From positions 6,138,001 to 6,202,000 of the forward strand of contig OZ281500.1 of NCBI GenBank assembly GCA_965637545.1: DNA of 64,000 nucleotides, in the 5' to 3' direction. A program made the translations under genes and the position numbers. The notes under the pieces are model-generated. The model had not been told where the DNA came from and ran no database searches. It worked only from the letters and a program-made list of their open reading frames with translations. Of the stretch, positions 26,696 to 36,986 are shown piece by piece. The stretch comes from Phallusia mammillata (taxonomy: Eukaryota). Within the stretch, counting starts at the first letter, position 1, and each line of letters opens with the position of its first letter.

Positions 26696-28548
26696 ATGGA
26701 CATGTCGAATACCAGCATTCAGCAAGACAACAAGTTTGAAATGAAAAAGAGGATTGGTCTTTTTGGTGGAATAGCCCTTTCAACTGGTATCATAGTCGGT
26801 ACTGGTATCTTTGTCTCCCCGGTGGGAGTTCTACGCAATGTCCACGGAAGCGTTGGCCTCAGTCTAATCATATGGGTCGTTTGCGGCATAATCTCCATTC
26901 TATCAGCACTCTGTTATTGTGAACTCGGAGCCACCTTTGGGGCATCAGGCGGAGACTACAATAACTTTAACTTGGCTTATGGTCCTCTGGTTGCTTTCAT
27001 GCTTATGTGGACCAGATTCCTAATTCATCCAGGTGGTGCGGCCAGTCTTCTAATTTTCGCTCGATACTTTACCAGTCCGATGTTTAGTGAAGGTTGCCAT
27101 CCGCCAGAGAGCCTCATAAAGATCGTAGCCATCATGTTGCTCTTTGTGCTTATATTTCTCAACTATCGTAGCGTAAAAACGTCAGTTATGACTGAAATCG
27201 CATTCACCACATGCAAGTACCTAGCGATGCTGGTTATATCGGTAGCAGGTATCGTTGTTTTGATAAAAGGGAGTCGAGTAGCTGAGGAAAACTTCACAAC
27301 TCATGCATTTCCGCCACAACAAATTTCTGAGATTTCAGTATCCGAAATGGCAAATGCGATTTATCAAGGCCTTTTTCCCTACAACGGATGGATGGTTTTG
27401 ACCAATGTGACAGAAGAGATAAAAGATATGAAAAGAAACCTTCCGCGAGCTACATTGATTTCACTCATAACCATCACGACCATGTATATTTTCGTAAACA
27501 TCGGATATTTTTCAGGTAATCGGTTTATGTTGCTTGTTTTTGAACGACAAAAACAGAACGTTTTTTTTTTCAATCCGCGTTATGTGCCGCTAATTTATAA
27601 AATGAAATCAATACATTCTTGTTACAGTACTGACTGTGCCTGAAATGTTAAGCAGCAAGGCGGTAGGAGTGGCATTTGCCAACAGAGTTTTTGGAAGCTT
27701 TGCTTGGATTATTCCGGTAATTGTTTGTTTATCAACGGTTGGGAACCAAAACGGATCGCTGTTGGCCAATGCCAGAGTTCCCTACGTTTCAGCAAGATCT
27801 GGCCTCATGCCAAAAGTAAGAGACAACTCGCTTACTGTTTAAGTCCTGGAAATAGATGCCACAATCGTTTTTCGAGTTTGTAAGATTATTTTGGGTCCAC
27901 AATTGTGCAGATCTTGGAGATGCTGCACGTAGAATACTTTACACCTGCACCTGCCTTACTTGCAATGTGTATTACAACAATGACTTACATCATCGTGGGC
28001 GACTTCGACACGCTGATATATGCGTTTGAGTTCACCTCGTGGACCGTGTACGGTTTGAGTGCTGGCAGCGTGATCATACTGCGTTGGAAAATGCCGAATA
28101 TTCCACGTCCGTTCAAGGTATTTAGTCTCACAAAAGTACCCGCATGTAACAGTAGGTACAGACTAAATGGCTTGAAAACCAAAAGTCAATTACAATAGGA
28201 ATCAAAGAAATCTTTAAATTTTGATATGCAGCAGTTTTAGAACAATTAAAATTGACAATTGTGTGGATTTACTGTTTGTAGGTTCCTATTGTCGTCCCAA
28301 TTCTGGTTTGCATCATATCAATAGCCCTTATCGTCACACCGCTAATTGAGAAGCCAAGTTTCATCCTTTTCTGGGCGATTGGCTTCTACGTTATTTCAGC
28401 GATTGGCTATTATTTCTACATTGTAAAGAAGTGCAACATTCCGGGATCAGAGAGGTTTACCGGTTTCCTCCAGAAACTTCTGAATGTAGCACAGACTGAC
28501 TGGGAGGGATTTGATTACGAACGAGAGGCCAAAAACACTGAACTATAA
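26696..28548 (+). CDS. SLC7 light chain, copy C2, intact, 493 aa
   Basis: Exons 26696-27515, 27628-27815, 27911-28117, 28282-28548; in frame. Motifs IVGTGIF, SEGCHPP, FPYNGW. Confidence 0.95.
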
Positions 28549-29735
28549 ATCATTTCAGTTTGATGAACATTTCTTGATTTTACTAACTCATTTTAAACAA
28601 AAAACTTATCACAAATATTGCTTTGGGTGTTTTCAAGAGTTTTGTTTTGTAATTTTTTGACATGTTACAAGAATATTTCGTATTACGTTGAAGCATGGAA
28701 CATTAAGTTTTGCAACGTTTATTACCCGCTGTAACTTTTTTTAAGTCATTTGCCGAATGTGATATTTATCGTTAGTTCTTTTGCCCACAAGAGTTGAATT
28801 TTTCTTGTCTCGGGTAAAGTATTGAACAAAACTGTCTTTGTTTCTTTTTTAACGTATATGGAAGGTTTGATTTACTGACTTATGGTCACCGAAGAAAGTT
28901 CACCCCAACAAAAAACGTTGTTTGACAATTTTAAAGTTTTGTCGCAATTAAGTTAAGATTAGCGGTTCATTGTGAAATTTTTCCATGAAATGATCCAGTA
29001 TAAAAATATTGGGGTTAATTAAATTAAGCAGAAAGTTGTTGCTAAATCGGTAAAATTTTTGCACTCAAAGCACTGTACAATAAGTTAAAGTGATACGTCG
29101 CAACATTTTGTTTCATTTTAGTTACAGCTGCAAACATAGGCTAATCAGAAAGTCACTGAAAGTCGACGGTTAACGTTTTGTAAATCTAACCACAGTGCAA
29201 ATATAAGTTGCATTTGCGGTGCTACACAAATATGATTTACAAGCCGCACACATGTTAAGAAATAAAGTAGTACACAAAATCAAACAAGGCAACGAAGATG
29301 AAGGCATCTGTTTTTATTATGCAGTATAACAAGAGTTTCTTTACGCTTGATATAGGTATCTTTTGTTTTGTTTGCTGGAAACAAATTAGCACTGCAAACC
29401 AAGGGAAATTCATCTGTCGCAACATTTTATTTCATCTTGATCACTGCTACCATAGCATAAGTGTTCATCAGCGGGTGGCTAAAAGTCGTCAACGGATGAC
29501 ATTTTGTAAATCAGACCACAGTGCAAATATAAGTTGCATTTGCTGTGCAACTCGAGTGTGGTTTACAAGCCGCGCATATGTCAAGAAATAAAGTACTACA
29601 TAACACCCAACAGGGCAACGAAGATGATGACATTCGCTGAAGTATCTGCCTTCAATGTGAACTATGACAACAGTTTCTTTCCGTCTGATATAGTTAAGTA
29701 GATTTTGTTTAGTTTGGTGAAAACAAAGACTCAAC

Positions 29736-31994
29736 ATGGACATGTCGAATACCAGCATTCACCAGGAGAAAAAGTTTGAAATGAAAAAAAGGATAGGTCT
29801 TTTTGGTGGGATAGCCCTTTCAACTGGCATTATAGTCGGTACTGGTATCTTTGTCTCACCGGTGGGAGTTCTACGCAATGTCCACGGCAGCGTTGGCCTC
29901 AGTCTAATCATATGGGTCGTTTGCGGCATAATTTCCATTCTGTCAGCACTCTGTTATTGTGAACTCGGTGCCACCTTTGGGGCATCAGGCGGATACTACA
30001 ATAACTTTAACTTGGCTTATGGTCCTCTGGTTGCTTTCATGCTTATGTGGACCAGATTCTTAATTCATCCAGGTGGTGCGGCCAGTCTCTTAATTTTCGC
30101 TCGATACTTTACCAGTCCGATGTTTAGTGAGGGTTGCCATCCTCCAGAGAGCCTCATAAAGATCGTAGCTATCATGTTGCTCTTTGTGCTTATATTTCTT
30201 AACTATCGTAGCGTTAAAACGTCAGTTATGACTGAAATTGCATTCACCACATGCAAGTACCTAGCGATGCTGGTCATATCGGTAGCAGGTATCGTTGTTT
30301 TGATAAAAGGGAGTCGAGTAGCTGAGGAAAACTTCACAACTCATGCATTTCCGCCTCAACAAATTTCAGAGATTTCAGTATCCGAAATGGCGATGGCGAT
30401 TTACCAAGGACTTTTCCCCTACAACGGATGGATGGTTTTGACCAATGTGACAGAAGAGATAAAAGATATGAAAAGAAACCTTCCACGAGCGACATTGATT
30501 TCACTCATAGCCATCACGACTCTGTATATTTTCGTAAACATTGCATATTTTTCAGGTACTCGGTTTAGTTTCTTTCGATTTTGCTGAGTAAAAACAGATG
30601 TGTTCTGATCACTAACGTCCTCGCTCTTTTCTGAGAGAGAAACTAAAACGTTTTTTCATGACGTTGGTGTTAGTTTTAGAATATAAGGTCGCTTGAAATG
30701 TTTATTGAAATGTAACAAAGAATCTATAAAAATTTTACAGTGCTGACTGTGCCTGAGATGCTTAGCAGCAAGGCGGTAGGAGTGGCATTTGCCAACAGGG
30801 TCCTTGGAATCTTTGCATGGACTATTCCCGTGGTTGTATGTTTATCAACGGTTGGAAATCAGAACGGTGCTTTGCTCGTCAGTGCAAGAGGACCATATGT
30901 TGCCGCAAGGTCCGGCCTCATGCCAAAAGTAAGAGGCAACTTGATTACTGGTTGAAACTTATATTTTTGAAGTAATTCATCTTTGCCCACAATGTGCAGA
31001 TCTTGGAGATGTTGCACGTAAAATACTTTACACCTGCACCTGCCTTGATGGCGGTCTGTATTACAACAATGGCTTACATCACCGTTGGGGACTTCGACAC
31101 GCTGATATATGTGTTTGAATTCACCTCGTGGACCGTGTACGGTTTAAGTGCTGGGAGCTTGATCATACTGCGTTGGAAAATGCCGGACATTCCACGCCCC
31201 TTTAAGGTACTTATAGTTGTGTATATTGTACGTACATAAAATTGATTCGTAGTTAGCTGCGAAGAAACCCAAAATACACAGGGGTTTAAAACAACGAACT
31301 CAGTTAACCGTTGTGCAACTGTCTTCGGCGTAAAGATTGTTCAGTGCGATTGTGTTGCAATGTGTTCTTTTACCCAGCAAAATGAACTCAAATCAACTCA
31401 TGGCAATTGTTGTTGGGGTAATATGCTATAGTTTACTATAAACAAAACAAAAGTTGGAATAAGATAAGTTAGACCACTATTCTATAGACAAAGTTCGCTA
31501 AATATCGATAGTTCACGCAGTACGCATTGTGGCGTATTCAAAAGAAAAGTTTTGCAAAAACGCTGACAGTTTGGGTTAACTAACATAAACACTTTGTTCC
31601 TGACTCTATTCATGTTTTACTGCCGATTTCATAACCGTGCCCATTACCTATCGGCATTGAGCAAACTTCGTCAAATGTGATTTCTTGCGTTAGTCCTACC
31701 TAAAATTTGGTTTTCGATTTTTAGGTTCCGATTGTGGTTCCCGTTTTGGTTTGCATCATATCCATTGCCCTTGTCGTCACACCTCTCATAGAAAAGCCAA
31801 GTTTCATCCTTTTCTGGGCGATTGGCTTTTACATTATTTCAGCGATTGGCTATTATTTCTACATTGTAAAGAAGTGCAACATTCCAGGATCAGAGTGGTT
31901 AACCATTTTCCTCCAGAAACTTCTGAACGTAGCACAGACTGATTGGGAGGGATTTGATTACCAACGTCGAGAGGCCATAAACGTTGAACTATGA
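29736..31994 (+). CDS. SLC7 light chain, copy C3, open frame, 494 aa
   Basis: Exons 29736-30555, 30741-30928, 31000-31206, 31725-31994; in frame. Confidence 0.93.
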
Positions 31995-32895
31995 GTCATT
32001 TCTGTTTGATGAACATTTCTTGATTTTACTAACTCATTTTGAAGCAAAACTTATCACAAATATTGCTTTGTATGTTTTCAAAGAGTTACGTTTTGAAATT
32101 TTTTGACATGTTACAAGAATATTCTGCATTACGTTAAAGCATGGCACATTTGATTTTGCAATATTTCTTAGCCGTTGTAACTTCTTTAAATTATTTGCTG
32201 AACGTGATATTTATCGTTAGTGTTTTTGCCCACAAGAGTTGAACTTTTCTTGTCTTGTGTAAAGTATTTAATAAAACTGAACTAATTTTGTCTCACAAAA
32301 CTGTCTTTATTTGTCTTTCAACGTATATGGAAGGTTTGCTTTACTGACTTAAGGTCACCAAAGAAAGCTCACCCCAACAAAAAACGTTGTTTGGATTTTT
32401 TTTAGATTTGTATTGACGAAAAGGTTAAGGTTAGCGCCTAGCGGTTAATTTTGGAATTAGTCCATGAAATGATCCAGTCGGAAAATATTGCGGTTTGTTC
32501 CACTTTAGCAGAAAGTTGTTACTGAATCGGTAAAATGTTTGCACTTAAAGCACTGCAAATCGAGGAAAGTTGATACATCGCAACATTTTGTTTTATCTTG
32601 GTCACAGCTACTATAGGATACATTTTTATCAGAGGGTTGCTGAAAATCGTAAACGGTTGTCACTTTGTAAATCTGACCACAGTGCAAATATGTGTTGCAT
32701 TTGCTGTGCTACTCAAATGTGCTTTACAAGTCGCACACATGTTAAAAATTAAGTAGCACATCAAACCAAGCAAGGCAACGAAGATGAAAACATTCGTTGT
32801 AATATCTGCTTTCAATGTGCACTATGACAAGTGTTTCTTTATGTCTGATATAGGTGTGTAGATTTTGTTTAGTCTACTGAAAACAAGGACTCAAC

Positions 32896-35580
32896 ATGGA
32901 CATGTCGAATACCAGCATTCAGCAAGACAACAAGTTTGAAATGAAAAAGAGGATTGGTCTTTTTGGTGGAATAGCGCTTTCAACTGGCGTTATAGTCGGT
33001 ACTGGTATATTTGTCTCCCCGGTGGGAGTTCTACGCAATGTCCACGGCAGCGTTGGCCTCAGTCTAATCATATGGGTCGTTTGCGGCATAATCTCTATTC
33101 TATCAGCACTCTGTTATTGTGAACTCGGAGCCACCTTTGGGGCATCAGGCGGAGATTACAATAACTTCAACTTGGCTTATGGTCCTCTGGTTGCTTTCAT
33201 GCTTATGTGGACCAGATTTTTAATACATCCAGATGGTGCGGCCAGTCTTCTAATTTTCGCTCGATACTTTACCAGTCCGATGTTTAGTGAAGGTTGCCAT
33301 CCTCCAGAGAGCCTCATAAAGATCGTAGCCATCATGTTGCTCTTTGTGCTTATATTTCTTAACTATCGTAGCGTAAAAACGTCAGTTATGACTGAAATCG
33401 CATTCACCACATGCAAGTACCTAGCGATGCTGGTCATATCGGTAGCAGGTATCGTTGTTTTGATAAAAGGGAGTCGAGTAGCTGACGAAAACTTCACAAC
33501 TCATGCATTTCCGCCACAACAAATTTCAGAGATTTCAGTATCCGAAATGGCGATGGCGATTTACCAAGGACTTTTCCCCTATAGCGGATGGATGATTCTG
33601 ACCAATGTGACAGAAGAGATAAAAGATATGAAAAGAAATCTTCCACGAGCGACATTGATTTCACTCATAGCCATCACGACTTTGTATATTTTTGTAAACA
33701 TTGCATATTTTTCAGGTACTCGGTTTAGTTTCTTCCGATTTTTCAGAGTAAAAACAGATGCTTCTGGTCACCAACGTCCTCGCTCTTTTCTGGGAGAGAA
33801 ACTAAAACGTTTTTGCATGTGGTTGGTGTTAGTTTTAGAATATTAGGCCGATTAAAAATGTTTAAGTTTTTGTCTCGAAAAGTCACACAGAATCTATAAA
33901 ATTTTTACAGTGCTGACTGTGCCTGAGATGCTTAGCAGCAAGGCGGTAGGAGTGGCATTTGCCAACAGGGTCCTTGGAATCTTTGCATGGACTATTCCCG
34001 TGGTTGTATGTTTATCAACGGTTGGAAATCAGAACGGTGCTTTGCTCGTCAGTGCAAGAGGACCATATGTTGCTGCGAGGTCCGGCCTCATGCCAAAAGT
34101 AAGAGGCAACTTGCTTACTATTTTCGAGCTGGATGAAGCATATATTTTTGAAGTAATTCATCTTTGTCCACAATGTGCAGATCTTGGAGATGCTGCACGT
34201 AGAATACTTCACACCTGCCCCTGCCTTAATGGCGGTCTGTATTACAACAATGACTTTCATCACCGTTGGGGACTTTGACACGCTGATATATGTGTATGAA
34301 TTCATCTCGTGGACTGTGTACGGTTTAAGTGCTGGGAGCTTGATCATCTTGCGTTGGAAAATGCCGGACATTCTACGTCCCTTCAAGGTACTTAAAGTTG
34401 TGTATATTGCACTTACATAAAATTGAGTCGCAGTTAGGTGGAAACGAACCAAAATGACACAGGGGTTTAAAACAGCGAACTGATATAATCGTTGCGCAAC
34501 TATTTTAGGCTCTGGGATTTTTTAGTGCAATTGTGTCGCTATGTTTTTTTATCACCAAGCGAAATAAACTCAACTCATAGCAATGGTTATTGGGGAAATA
34601 TGTTATAGTTTACAATAAACAAAACAGAAGTTGGAATAATATAAGTTTGACCACTACCCGAACTTAGGCCTATAGACAGGGTTGCCATCGACTTGAAACC
34701 AAAAATAAGGACAAGTGAAAAATTAAATTTTTATGCCAAACGAAACAAACGTTTTGGAACAAATCTTAGCATTCATACGAGCCATGACATATCATTTGCA
34801 ATATTTTGGCCAGAAACAATCTGTTCCAGCAACTCGTTGTTCGTAGAAAACTATAAGTGCATCTCACGACAGCTCAGGCCTAGGTTTACTTTTACTTGTA
34901 GCAGAGATTTGACTATAGTAATTGTTGAAAATAAGGACTCCAGTCAAAAATAAGGACATTTCTTAGAAATAAGGACAATGAACTTTTCTAAGACATAGCC
35001 CTTCCAAATAAGGACAAATCTTAGAAATAAGGACGGTATGGCAACCCTGCCTATAGACAAAGTTTGCTAAATATCTAAATATCGACGTATTGTGGTACAT
35101 TTTAAAAAGAAAAGTTTTACAAACACGCAAACAGTTTGTGTAAACTTACATTAACACTTTTTTAGCATAAACAGTTTTTAACTCTATTCATGTTTAACTG
35201 CCGATTTAATAATCGTGCTCGCTACCTATCGGCATTTGGCAACTTCGTCCAAAACAATGATCAGTTATTGTGTTAGTAATACTACCTAAACTTTGGTTTT
35301 CAATTTTTAGGTACCGATTGTGGTTCCAGTTTTAGTTTGCATCATATCAATTGCCCTTGTCGTCACACCTCTCATAGAAAAGCCAAGTTCCATCCTTTTC
35401 TGGGCGATTGGCTTCTACATTGCTTCAGCGATCGGCTATTATTTCTACATTGTAAAGAAGTGCAACATTCCGGGATCAGAGAGGTTAACCATTTTCCTCC
35501 AGAAACTTCTGAATGTAGCACAGACTGACTGGGAGGGATTTGATTACCAACAAGAGGCCAAACACGACATATCGTTTTGA
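32896..35580 (+). CDS. SLC7 light chain, copy C4, open frame, 494 aa
   Basis: Exons 32896-33715, 33911-34098, 34181-34387, 35311-35580; in frame. Confidence 0.93.
34677..35049. mobile_element. hAT (Tip100-like) MITE in C4 intron 3 (373 bp)
   Basis: Perfect TIR CAGGGTTGCCA / TGGCAACCCTG; TSD CCTATAGA (34669-34676, 35050-35057); six subterminal AAATAAGGAC repeats; single empty site TCTATAGACAAAGTT in C3 intron 3 near 31481. Confidence 0.95.
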
Positions 35581-36986
35581 GTCATTTCTTGGCTACCTAT
35601 TTAAAGCAACAACCTCCATTAAAACATTGGCCAAATAAAACACTCCTTCAATTTCGTGTTGTAAATGTAAAAGGTTATGTTGAGATGGATGTCCAAATGC
35701 TTTTATTGCAGTTATGCCGTTGTTATTTACAAAAACGTTAATTTTAAAAATTATATTTATTTGAACCAAATCCTTCGCGGTACAACACAACAGTCCCATA
35801 TTTCTTAAAATGTATCGAAGCATAGCTCTCAAGTTCATTTACAAATGTTTAACTGTGCGAGAAAAGTTGTACGAAAACGCTAACATTGTCAACTGTGTTA
35901 CCCTCGAGCTATTTCTGTGAGTCAGCATTTTTCTGTGCAAGGAACCAACTGCTAGTGTTCAATCTGTGTTTGCGTTGAGCTAATCCTTCAATCGAGCCCC
36001 ATAAATTGCAATAAAAAAACAGAAGCAAGTTTCTTAGCCATATTGTTGTGTGAAGTGTAACGTGTTACTTAAAAATACATAAAATAAAGCAGTCCACTTA
36101 GTACGGATTTGCAAAAACAGATAAAATAGACTGTGATATTTTGCATGTGAATAATAGAGATTCGGTCAAAAGAAACATATATGCAAGGAGTAAAAAAGGC
36201 CGAGAAACCATTGGTTTTAGTCGTTATTTTGTGTCCATTATCTTGACATTTATGGAACCAAAAATTAATATTTAAAATATAATTTTTTTTAGTTCCATAA
36301 TCACAGCCACTTAATTAATATACACCACATTACGAAATTTAGCGGTTTAACATGCTTTAAGTAAATTAATTGCTAAATCTGACGTGGAGAAGGGACATGA
36401 GCTGGTTGGAACCTTATCCCAGGAAAGACCACATGACTTATAGTTTGAAAACATGGTATGATGCCAGTCGGTTTAAAAACGAAGGTAGAGTAACGACGAC
36501 TACAAAAAAGAAACCCTATAGACAACTTTGTGAGACCTTCAGTAAATTGCTCCCAAATTAAATTGTTAAGGAGTTGTTTTATAATGGAAGTGCGGACATT
36601 AAATTATTTTACAGGCTAATGAAGTTTGAGCACACGTCTTACCAGTGTTTGCAAGTTTTACACCGACCAATTCAACCTTAAATTGCTGCACCTTCGGTCA
36701 AAGTTAATGAAGCGTGTGAAGCAAATACTTCAGTTGCATGTCGGGCACCACAAACGCGATAAAAAAGTGCAAGAGCAAAAAGTTCTAAAGATCTTAAAGG
36801 CGTACACAGTGTTGTGCGTAGGTATAGATTGCGTAGACTATAAAAGGGGCATTTTAGTTAAAATGAAATGGTTATTGCAAGACAGCTAAATTTGACATTC
36901 TCAATAATTTCTTTTTTTTTAGAAATGTGTTCTTTAAAATTTTAGAATATCAACATATCAGCTAAACTAAAACTCGTGGGCTAACG

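Noticed and set aside
14014-32729. Recurring 65-bp palindrome as a CRISPR-like array
   Set aside because: Eukaryotic context; spacing follows gene duplication units; no spacers or cas genes.
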